Shown here: piece after piece, positions 20,385 through 31,810 of the stretch
How the letters are laid out: each line of letters begins with the position of its first letter
How positions within the stretch are numbered: position 1 is the stretch's first letter
Source of the DNA: Torpedo marmorata
Lineage: Eukaryota
DNA length: 64,000 bases
Direction: 5' to 3'
Assembly: GCA_977017645.1 (NCBI GenBank)
Contig: OZ360232.1
Location: forward strand, 38,564,001 to 38,628,000
Notes under the pieces: generated by a model
Seen by the model: only the letters and a program-made list of their open reading frames with translations
Databases searched by the model: none
Told to the model about the DNA's origin: nothing
Made by a program: the position numbers and the translations under genes

Positions 20385-22945
20385 TTATAAAAATCCCAAA
20401 GATCAGGGGTGCCACTACAGATCACTACGGAACTCGATTAGCCACTGACCTCCAGACAGAATATTTTCATCTACTACTACACTCTGCTTTCTGCAGGCAA
20501 GACACTTCTGAATCCACACAGCCAAGGTTCCATGGACCCGATGCCTTTTGACTTTCTGAATAGGTTTACCATGGGGGACCTTGTAAAATCCCTTACTAAA
20601 ATCCATGTACCCCGCATCTACCGCCCGACCGTCATCAATTTCTTTTGTCACTTCCTCAAAAAACACAGGCTCGTGAGGCACGACCTGCCCCTCAAAAAGC
20701 CATTATGACTATCTCTGGGAGGACTATGCTTTTCTAAATGCTCATAACTCCTGTCCCGAAGAATCATCTGCAATAATTTTCCCACATCTGACGTATGACT
20801 CATTGGTCTATAATTCCCAGGATTCGACCTATTACTTTTTTTTAACCAAGGGCACTACATTTGCTATTCTCCAATCCTCCGGTACATCACAGGGAGGACC
20901 CAAAGAACATTGTCCATGCCCAAGCAATCTCTTCTCTCGCTTTCTGTAGTGAATTGAGCATATCTCAACCGGTACATGAGATTTGTTTATCTGAATGCTT
21001 CAAAGAAGACCCAGCACTTCCTCTTTCTTAACCTCAACATGTTCCAGCACATACGCCAGCTCTGTACTGACCTCATATTGACCAAGGTAAACAATGGTGA
21101 ACAGTGAAGCAAGGTATTCATTTCGGACCGCCCCTACCTCTGCTGCATCCAGGCACACGTTCTCCCCTTTATCCTTAAACGGCCCTACCTTCACTCTCGT
21201 TATTCCTATGCTCTTTGCGTGTGCATATAACGCCTTAGGGGTTTCCTTTATCGTACTTGCCAAGGCCTTCTTGCGCCCCCTTCTACCTCTCCTATGTCCT
21301 TTCGTAAGTTTGTTCGTGGCTACCATATAATTTTCATGAACCCTTCCTGACTTTTGTTTCATGAACCTTATACATGTATATTCGTCCTTCTTTCTGATGA
21401 CGAGATGCCTCACCTCTTTTGTCAACCATGGTTCCCTGATCCTACGATCCTTTCCCTGTCTCAATGGGACAAACCTATCGAGAACCCAGAGAAATGGTCC
21501 CTAAACATCCTCCACTTTACTTCTGTGGTTTTCCCCTAGAATATCTGTTCCCATTTTACTCTCCCCAGATCCTGCCTAACCACATCGTAATTAGCCCTTC
21601 CTCATTACACACTTTATCATTTTGTCCACTCTTATCCTTGTCCATAGCTATTCTAAAGGTCAGTGAGTAATGGTCACCTTCACCGAAATGCTTCCCCACT
21701 AAGAGGTATGTCACATTACTAGTACTGATCATGACCAGTTCTAGATCCATTATGGCTTCTCCTCCAATCGGCTTGTCCACATATTGTCTCAAGAATTCTT
21801 CTTGGAAACACCTGACAAATTCTGCCCCATTTTGCAGTCAGGAGGTGTCAGTCAATATTGCGAAGGTTGCATATAACAGCAAATAACAACCTGCTATTTG
21901 GGGTCTTTAGAATACTCCCAATACAATGATCGCTCCCTTTCTGTTTCTGACTTCCATCCACACTGATTCAGTGGACAATCCCGCCACAACGTCGTCCCTT
22001 TCTGCAACTGTGATACCATTCCTGATTTTTGATGATACTCCCCCCTCTTTTACCTCCCTTCTTATCCCCTTTGAAACATCTAGACCAGTGGTTTTCAAAC
22101 TGCCCCCTAAACTCACATTCCACCTTAAGCAATCCCCATGCCATAAGTGCTCTGTGATTTGTAAGGGATTGCTTAAGGTGGTATGTAAGTGGAAAGAAAA
22201 AGGTTTGAAAACCACTGTTTTAATCGTACGTAATCGATTCGTTATGTGCACGGTTTCATGACTCCAAAGGAAATGGGCCAATGACAATTTTTCTCAAGCA
22301 AAATATTTCAGTTACAATTGGGTCTAGAGCAGTGGTTCTCAACTTTCCCTTCCCACTCACATACCACCTTAAGCAATCCCTTACCAATCACAGAGCACTT
22401 ATGGCATAGGGATTGCTTAAGGTGGAATGTGAGTTTAAGGGGGCAGTTTGAAACCACTGATCTAGACACTGGTACCTGTTTCAGCCGATCCTGTCCTTAC
22501 GCCATCCAAGTCTCTGTCACGGCCACAACATCGTAATGCCACCTACTGATCCATGCTCTAAGTTCATCTCACTTATTCCTATTACTTTTTGCATTGAAGT
22601 ACACACATTTTAGGCCTTCCAACTGACTACATTTATGCTCTGTCCACTGCCTGTCCTTCCTCGCAAACTCACTACACATTGCATCAACCTTTTAACCTAT
22701 TGAGCTATTCTCTGTCCTATAATTGTGGTTCCCTACTCCTGCCAAACGAGATTAAACCCTCCCCCACAGCTACAGAAATGTTTTCCACCAGGATATTCAT
22801 CCTCTTCCAGTTTAGGTAAAACCCAACCTTTTTGTACTGATCGTATATTCCGCAGAAGAGATCCCAATGATTAGGAAATCTGAAACGCTGACCCCTGAAC
22901 CAATTATACAGCCACGGATTTATCTGCCATATTATCCTTGGTAGA
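20385..22945 (-). mobile_element. antisense CR1 LINE fragment (5' region, endonuclease and first half of RT), decayed
   Basis: Minus-strand pieces STESVWMEVRNRKGAIIVLGVF, REPWLTKEV and FFEEVTKEIDDGRAVD..YMDFSK. It is interrupted by the MITE at 22086. Confidence 0.85.
22086..22459. mobile_element. hAT-type MITE, compound form
   Basis: Termini CAGTG...CACTG; perfect TSD ATCTAGAC (22078-22085, 22460-22467). Confidence 0.93.
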
Positions 22946-24004
22946 TTCATTCAAAAAGGCATGGGACATGGAATCGAGGGACCACTGGCTGTTTGGATTC
23001 AGAATGGATTGATTACAGAAAGCTGAGGGTGGTAGTACACAGAACATATTCTGCCTGGAGGTCGGTGACGAGTCGTGTACTGCACGGATCGGACATGGGA
23101 CCCCTGCCCATTGTGGTATTTATTAATGACGTGGATGTAGGGGCTGGTCCTTTGGTTTGCAGATGATACAAGTTTGTAGGTGTTGTGGATAGTATAGGAA
23201 GTTTCCCCGGGTTACAACATGATATAGGCAGGCTGCAGAGTTTGGCAGACAAATAGCAGATGCAGTTCAATCTGGATAAGTTGAAAATTATGCACCTTAA
23301 AAGGTTGAACTCGAATGCGCAGTAGGTGGTTAATGGAAGTATTCTTAACAGTGTGGAGGAACAGAGGGATCTTGGGGTCCAGTACAATATACCCCTTGAG
23401 GATGATGCGCACGTGGTTAAGAAGACTTATGGTGTTCTGGCCTTCCTGAGTCCGGTGACTGAGTTCAATGAGGCAATGTTGACCACACTTGGATTGTCGT
23501 GTTCAGTTCTGGTTGCCTCATTTCAGTATGGATGTGGATGCTTTGAAGAGGGTGCAGAGGAGATTTATCAGCATGGTGCCTGGATTGGAGAACAAGTCAT
23601 ATGGAGCAAGGTTGACAGGGGCCTTTCTGTTGAGAGTGATGATGGGAGATGACTTAATAGCGGTTTATTTGATTATGAGGGGCATAGATAGGGTGGACAG
23701 ACAGTTTTCCTTGGACGACAGTACCAAATACCAGAGGGCATCTGGATGAGTGGAGTAAAGTTTAGGGGAGGTGTCAGAGGTACGGTTTTACACAGAGAAT
23801 GGAGGGTGCTTTTCTGGAGGTAGTGCTTGAAGCTAGTACAATGGGGACATTTTAAAGACTCTGATATCGGCAAGAAAAGTAAAGGTCTGTGGGTGTGTGG
23901 CAGGGAAGGATTCGATTGTGATAGAGTAGTTTTACATAGGTTAGCACAGCATCGTGGGCCAAAGGGCCTGTACTGTGCTGTACATTTCTATGTTTTATGT
24001 TCTG
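22946..24004 (+). mobile_element. CR1 LINE 3' half, decayed
   Basis: FADD-type core, EEQRDLGV, CRVQFWLPH, RVQRRF and a ctgtacatttctatgttttatgttct tail. Confidence 0.82.
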
Positions 24005-24394
24005 TGAAATATGTATCGCTGTAACCCGTGTTTGAACGTATGTCACTGAGATAATTCTTCTCTTTTACTCAGACATAATTGCTATTGATAAATTGTTGCT
24101 AGCGACCTTCTTAACCCACTGTAATCTGTGAGAAAAGAGTGTTCATGTCCTAATTTCTTGGAGTGACTGCAAGACTTTAGATTTAGTGATAATGAATGGA
24201 CAATTGTGCATCTTCAAGTCAGGTAACGTCAGGCCAATTGAATCCGCAGACCTGGATTTCAACAGGGAATGTATCATACAAAATATGTTCCAGCTTTGTG
24301 CAGTGTTTCCAAAGTTATTAATCAAGCAAATGGAGAGGTTTATGCAAATAATACAGTACTGTTTGCTCCTTCTAAGAGGCGAATGCACGACAGA

Positions 24395-24780
24395 TAACCC
24401 ACAGAAATCAAGGGAGGATAAGAGGGGACTTGATTGAGGTATTATTATGAGAGAGGTAGAAACGCTGGACAGCCAGTATATTTTCCCCAGGGTGACAATA
24501 GCAAGCACCCGTGTAAGGTGAGTGCAGGAAAGTTGAGGGGAGACGTCAGGACTAAGTTGTTTAAGCAGAAAGTGGTAGGTGTCTGGAATGCAATGGTGGT
24601 GGTGGAGCCTGGTACGATAGGTTCAATTAATGGGCATATGAATGTAAGGAAATAGAAGTTAAAGGTTTGTGGTGGGGAAGGGTTAGGTTGTTATGTAGTA
24701 GGTTTACATAGATCGGCACATCATGGTCCGGAGGGCTTGTGCTGGTCTGCAGTGTTCTTTGTTCCATGTTCTCTATGTTT
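24395..24780 (+). mobile_element. CR1 3' end fragment
   Basis: GKLRGDVRTKLFKQKVVGVWN and a 3' UTR like those at 600-890 and 23750-24000. Confidence 0.72.
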
Positions 24781-27037
24781 TTAATCAAACAACACGTCCA
24801 TATAGTTTATATGCAAAGTTCAGTTTTAGTTGAAAAATTAAATCAATGATTTCAGGAATGTTGATGCAATAAAAGCAGCGGTTGTTATATCTCTGCTGGA
24901 GAAGGCCAATGCACAACCTTCTCAGATATAAATAATAAGTCACTTAATAGTCAAATCCCAAATACTGTTTAAGACTTAGTCGGCGTGGAAACAGACTCAT
25001 TCGTTATTAAAGGTGTATCGAATGCTAACCCACATTGTGCACTCAACGGCAAGGCTCCTCCTCATCTTGGTTTCGGTGTATCTGAGTTGGACGGCCGTTG
25101 TGCCCTGTTCTAATGAATTCCGCAGCCGTGGCTTCGTTTGAGGGTTATTAGACTTTAACAATGAATGTTAAGCCTCTGTAAACGTCTTTTCCTTGAGGTG
25201 AGTGCCGCAGAACTGGCTAGTATTTTACCCATCTTCAGTTGTCCTTGATAGTGGTGGTGTGACAACTCCTCAACTGTTGCTTTTCTTCTCGTGACCTTTT
25301 TTTTGTGATACTATTACTGAAGCAATTCTAGAAGTTAGATGCGGTGTCAATGAAACAAAAATGTGGTTACTTCCACCTCAGGTTTCATGGACTTGCAGAG
25401 GAACCAACGATGTGCTTGTGGCACCAAATTAAATAAAAATTTTAAATTAAGGTTTTTTTGTATGACTTGTGCTTTCTCGCCACTGATGGTATCTCGTGTG
25501 CTTTTCCCGGGGCTCCTTGATGCCATGCACAATCAAACACTGTATTCAAAATCAGTTACTCCCGATACTGGTAAAAAAAAATGAGATGTTGCTGCCTGCT
25601 GCAATGAGATAAAAATGATTATTCACAAAGATGTTTAAATAGTCTCTTCGTGGCATCCATCTTTCCATCCATATTGATATCTGGTAAGGGACTGACGTGA
25701 CCACACTTGGTGGATTTGGATTTCCCGCTGATATGGACATTATCTGTGCAATGCTACATCGTTTCGAATACGCACAAGTGTCGTAATTTTACTCTAGCTC
25801 ATTGCGCAGAAGGATATCGAGTCCTTCAGAATCATAGGCTGGATTAAATAAGGTGTAAAGCCTTTCTTTTATACATAATATAGCTCTTGTCATTGGAAGT
25901 TCACAGATTTCCCAATAAAGTTGGAGAAATAATATGCACCTGAAAATAATGTGTTCCAGATTTCCCTGATAAATAGTAGTGGACCCGAAAGAGACAACGG
26001 GATTAAGTAAGAGCTGCATTTTCATGCACATATTTTTTTAAAAAAAAACATGTTTCAAATTTACTGTTAAATTCAGAACACTTCGAAATCCCAACGTCAC
26101 TAAACAGCACACGGCGCCCAACACTGCAGCTAGTCCTTGCTGCAATCCACATAGAATTTATCCAGTGAATTGCCATTTCGATCTCGTGCCCTGTTAGATG
26201 TGGCACATGGTCTAAGCTCTCATTAGTTTAATTGGTCATAATATGGTGACCGACAGAAGCCAAATATAAGGATTTGTTTTCATGCAAGCATAATCACGAT
26301 ATTTTACACCTTAATTTTTCTCATTATTAACGTTTTAGTGAGAATCTGCTGTCAGAGATATTTAACCCCGGCCACATTAGGAGACCCGAGACAAATTTCA
26401 GGAGGAAAACGCATCACAAACACTCCATCTCTGGATATGATCAGCCCTTAAATATAGAGACCATTCTTGGTAATTCCGATTGGCACGGCGAGACAGACTG
26501 GTCCAATTTTAAGAGTGGAATGGGATTTAATGGTATAAATAATTATTTTCGCGGAAGACAGTTTTATCAGTTTTAATTTCAGAGAAGATCTTGCCGATAG
26601 CTCTTACAGCATTGCAAATTGTCGTATAAAATTAATTAATGCCATATTTAAGGATACTATGCGATATAAACATAACGTTAATCAAGCTTCAGAATTTACA
26701 AGGAATCATTTGCGCGTGATGAAAAATTGGTTACTTTCTGCATGATGTAGAAACCATTACTTCATTTACGTAAAGCTAGAGAATATAATTTTGTCAGTGA
26801 TCCCACATGACAAAAACTATTTGGAAAGTAAGAAAAAACATTTGGGATGTGATTGAAATGTCATGATGGAAAAAAAGTAATTTGATTTTTGGCATCGTGA
26901 GTTACGTTGTTCGTTTTGATGGAGATGTTGTGAACATTTTTTCACATTTATTCTGAAAGATATTCAGTGCGGTTATTCTTGAAATTTCGGATCTATGACT
27001 AGCTTTTCAGAAAAATCTGAACGATCCAAACGGCTAC

Positions 27038-27245
27038 AATAAATTTTAGTTGTGCAGCAAATATCATATCAGCTCTGTAACAATGTAAGCACTTCTTGCT
27101 TTAAGAAATGAACTGTCCTCCAATTGGTCCTTTATGACTGTTACGTCGTTTACCAATCAGAACCTGAGATGTGATTGGTGATCTGCACAGCCCCTTCAGT
27201 ACACAGCCGCCATCACGTAAGACCAGATGCCGTGAAAACTGGATA
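27038..27245 (+). promoter_or_regulatory. conserved Pcdh promoter block (gene 3, subtype B)
   Basis: GCTTTAAGAAA (27098-27108), ATTGG...CCAATCAG, GTGATCTGCACAGCCCCTTCA (27178-27198), ATCACGTAAG. Confidence 0.8.
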
Positions 27246-27433
27246 TCAAGCAGCCTCCGAGCATTGTGCACGGTTCAAGTCGAGAGTCAACGCAACAAAA
27301 GATTTAAATGAAACCAGTCGAACAATTCGCAAGGTATAGGCATGCTCTGTAGCGTATTTGCCCAATTTTAAATGAAATCGCTTTTAAAAGGCATTGTCTC
27401 GGGTTGAAGCCATTGGAATGCTTTCTCCTGGAA

Positions 27434-29896
27434 ATGAGAGATAATATACATTGGCTGGTGAAATACCAACTGTTGTGCTGTTTATTCAGCCACTGGAATC
27501 TCATTTCTGGGCACATTCGATATTCTGTTCCTGAGGAAATGCAACCGGGTGCCTTTGTTGGCGATATCGCATTTGATTTGGGTTTAGATTTAAAGCAGCT
27601 CTCGGCTCGCAGTTTGCGGGTGGCGCCCAGTCCAAGGAAGCGGTATGTTGAAATAAATTTGGAGAATGGGATTTTATTTGTGAATGAAAATATCGACAGG
27701 GAACAACTTTGCGGAACGAGGAACGATTGTATTTTATCCTTGAACGTTGTGCTTGAAAATCCCCCAACCCTTCACCAGGTGGAAGTGGAGATTCTAGATG
27801 TAAATGACAACTTCCCCAGTTTCCCTAAAAGCCAGGTCCGCCTTGAAATCTCGGAGATCATGGCACCGGGAGCGCGGTTTCCTCTGGAAGTTGCACGCGA
27901 TCCGGATATTGGAATAAACTCCTTGCAGTCGTACCAGCTACTTCCGAATGAATATTTTATTCTTGATGTACAAACGCGCAGTGGGAAAAGAAAGTTACCG
28001 GTATTGGTGCTGCAGAAGCCTTTGGATAGAGAAACAATGCCAAGCCACGAGTTAACGTTGCTCGCCGAGGACGGCGGAGTCCCTGTGAGATCGGGCAAGC
28101 TTCAGATAACTATCGCAGTGCAGGATGCCAACGACAACATTCCTGTTTTCTCACAGTCGGTTTATCGGGTGAACCTGCTGGAATCATCTCCCATAGGAAC
28201 ACTGATTATTACATTAAACGCCACTGATTTGGACGAAGGGACCAATGGGGAGATATCGTACATGATCAGTAGCCATAGTTCTGAAAATGTTCCAGAATTA
28301 TTTCACATCGATTTGAAAACTGGTGACGTCAGAGTGAAAGGGCGCTTGGACTATGAACAATGCAAGTTTTTTGAGATTAATGTACAAGCAGTTGATAATG
28401 GCCCGAACGCAATGCCTCAACAGTGTGATGTGTTGGTAAATGTTATTGATGTGAACGATAACGCTCCTGACATGACATTGACATCTTCGTCAAGTACGGT
28501 GTCAGAGAATGCCTCAATTGGAACGGTAGTGGTGCTGCTCCGCGTGGAGGACAAAGACTCTGAACAGAATGGGCAGGTACAGTGTCACATTTCAGGTAAC
28601 CTGCCGTTTAAACTGGATTCGACTTCGGAAAACATTTCCAGACTGATTATACAGCATACCCTGGATCGCGAAACTACCTCCAGGTATGACATTACTATAA
28701 CATGCACAGATGCAGGGCACCCCGCTCTAACATCCAAGGAAACGCTTCGTGTAGATGTTTCAGATGTAAATGACAATGCACCAATGTTTACGCAACCAGT
28801 ATACACGGTCCATGTCATGGAGAACAACGTTATTGGGGCTTCAATATCATCTTTGACAGCTCTTGATCCAGATGTAGGACAGAATGCCCGACTGAACTTT
28901 TCTATGCTGCCATCTAAAGTGTATAACACCTCAGTTGCCTCTTATATTTCTGTCAATCCAGAGAGCGGTGTTATACTTGCTCAGAGGTCGTTTGACTACG
29001 AACAATTGAAAGGATTTAAGATTTACGTTCAGGTGCATGATTCTGGACTTCCACCGCTCACCAGTAACGCGTCGGTGCACGTTGTTATACTTGATCAGAA
29101 TGACAATGCCCCGGTGATCGTGAATCCTTTTCCCAAATATGGTTCAACAGCGATGGAAACAATATCCAGGTTTGCAGAACCTGGATGCCTAGTTGTCAAG
29201 ATTTCAGCTACTGACGCCGACGCCGGTCAGAATGCTCTTCTGTCTTACCATATTTTTGAGGCCACCCATCGCAATCTCTTTATGATTTCAGCAGATACCG
29301 GGGAAATTTGGACTATCCGTGGTGTTGGGAGCAAAGATGCCTCCAAACAAAGATTGGTGATTGTCGTAAAAGATCATGGAATTCCACCACTTTCAGCCAC
29401 AATAACCATTGTATTATCTGTAAAGGGAGGAGAAACATTCTCCAGTGCCACCAGTTTATCTAAATATCGTGATTTCTCTCCTGGTCTAAACTTTTACCTG
29501 GTCATTGTCCTGGGAACAACTTCTATCGTTTTCCTGATGATTCTAATTATCCTCACAGTTAAAGTTTATAAACACAGAAATAATGATGGACGCAAATACT
29601 GTTCTCAAAATCACTGTTGGTGTTTCGAAACAAGAAATTCTCTGAATGGAATTCAGAAGGCCAGTAGAAGTCTTCCGATACCACCGAACTATGTTGAAGT
29701 TTTCGGAGGTGATCCACTTTCTCAGAGCTTTCGTTACGAGTCGTGTTCAACATTGCATTCCATCAAAAGAGATTTCACAACTCCTCAAACATACGGTATG
29801 TCTACAGCTGTTCAGTACACCCAGAAGAATCCTGCTGGGAATTTGAATGCAGGAGCGATAGAGCGTGAAGAACACAATTACACTGTAAAATTTGAG
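27434..29896 (+). CDS. clustered protocadherin variable exon 3 (subtype B), 821 codons
   Basis: The ATG at 27434 (MRDNIHWLVKYQL) aligns with the paralogue starts, whereas the track start at 27404 is a TTG. Six cadherin repeats and TM; donor GAG|GTGAGG at 29897. Confidence 0.95.
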
Positions 29897-30369
29897 GTGA
29901 GGAGCTTCTGAAAACAACCAAAATCGTTAAATAATTAAATTGGAAACACACATACATTTGGGAAAAGTGGGCTGTTTTAGTTACTGTTCTGGCATCAGTA
30001 CGTGGAAAATTTTGCTGCGTTTACTGCTTCCAGTCAAGGTGTCAGATTTCTTTATATGTTAAGAGTACACATAATGTTAGCGATTATTAATAAATCGAAG
30101 ACATTGTTACACTGGCTTTAGCCAATGCCCTGGGATCCCCATGATAATCTTGATGCCTTTGCGGCTTCTAGCCCCCATTTTTTTTACAATGTACGCTTTA
30201 TCTTCTTTGTGACAATTACAAACTTGCAGCTTAAAGACCATGTTGCAGACGCTATGAATAATTCTCTTGAAAGCAAAATAGGGTTCCCAGCCAGGTCGTT
30301 AAAATCGACGGGTTCATTTCTAGTCACTCTCTTTTGAGCGCAGTCATCCCATGCATAGGTATGTCTATC

Positions 30370-31810
30370 CTGTTATTAATAAGGGTAGGACGTGCACAAT
30401 ATTCGGAGGTCCTCTGGGGACATTTGTGTAACACAGTAACCTTGGCATTCAAGGTGAAGAAGGCATGTGGGGCACCAAGTTTAGTTTGCCATGGAGGTTA
30501 TGGAACAGATTTGTACAATATTAGTTAGGCAACTACTACTAAACTATATGATGTTCTGGTCAACATACCATAAAAAGGACGTGATTGCACTGGAAAGGTG
30601 TAGAATAGATTCGCCACGAAGCTCAAGATGCAAGATTCCTTTGTTGTCGTGTAATAGTACAGAACATGTAATAGTAAACGAAATTGTCTTCTGCCTGCCG
30701 TAAGGCAGACAAAGAGTCGCCATTAGTGTCGCCCGGCGCCCCTTACAGAACGACAGAAAGAGAAGTAAAAGGGATTTCCTTCAGAGTCACTGAGTGTCCG
30801 TGGATTCGCCTCCAGCGCTCCCGCAGCCTCTGGCAGCCGTGCAGACTCCTGTTCGATCCGTTGGCAACCCGAGCTCCAGGTCCATACCTCCAATACGAGG
30901 AAGCTTTCAGCTCCCGAAGCCTTTCGGGTCCCTTGTTGCCCTCAGCACCCTCTCGAATCCCGGCTCCTAAACCTGGTTCCCATGAGCCAGTGTCCTGCAG
31001 CCCGTAAGGGTCGCCCGTCCGCAAGTTGCCCGCAGACTGTGTGGGTCATTCAGCCATTGAGCCTCTCGCTGGTCCGCTGCCGTGGTCACCGTCCTGTCGG
31101 GTCGTCTCCTCTGCTTCTCCTCCTCAACGGGGTGGAGGGGGGATCTCCACGTTTTTGGTGCCCTGTGCCGCTCCGCTCCCACCCACCCCCTCCTCACCTG
31201 CAGTCTGCATGCCCTGAAGGCGGCTGCCGAGCACAGGCGCCGCCATCTTGGGCACAGACGCCACGGTTGCAGAATTTTACATAAACATCGTCGGCTCCTT
31301 TAACAGGTCGTTTAAACCCTGTACGGAGCTACCGGCATTGGGACCGAGCGGTGAAACCCTTAGGGTTGTGTCTCCGCTCTCCGCTCCCCTGGCTCTGCAG
31401 CAGCGGTGGATCTGCCGTTACAGCATCTCCGGCACGCGCCGTCAATTTTTATCTGGTCCGGATTTTCAGAAAAGACTGGAGGGTCTGAGTTTATTTTCCT
31501 TGGAAGATATTGATGGGGGATTTGATCGAGGTATCAGCAAATAAGAGGAGCAGGAACATGGTACACAGTGGAGACCTTTTCCCCGTAAATAATAACAAAG
31601 ATATTTGGAATCTTGAACGCACTTGGGTATCTGGAACGCTGGAATTTGGATCTGTCATTTAACAAGTGTTTGCGTAAATATTTGAACTGCCAATGCGCAG
31701 AAGACTATTCACCAAGTTCTTGAAAATGAAATTAATAGAGATGCATCGCTGGGTATCACTATGGACGTGATGAGCCGACAGGCCTGTATCTGTGCTTTAT
31801 AACTCTATGA
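30370..31810 (+). mobile_element. old CR1 3' fragment, split by a GC-rich insertion
   Basis: FWSTYHKKDVIALER before the insertion and RLEGLSLFSLE after it; typical CR1 3' UTR at 31740-31810. Confidence 0.65.
30623..31445 (-). mobile_element. GC/CpG-rich non-coding retroposon-like insertion
   Basis: Sharp compositional shift inside a CR1 fragment. The minus strand ends in ...acaacaaaggaatcttgcatcttga, and this 3' end resembles 42545-42640. Confidence 0.55.

Noticed and set aside
27404-27433. N-terminal extension of gene 3 in the ORF track
   Set aside because: It starts at TTG. The ATG at 27434 aligns with the other six starts and gives a normal signal peptide.
30684-31544. Cluster of overlapping 60-107 aa ORFs
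   Set aside because: Expected by chance in GC-rich DNA; no motifs and no splice context.
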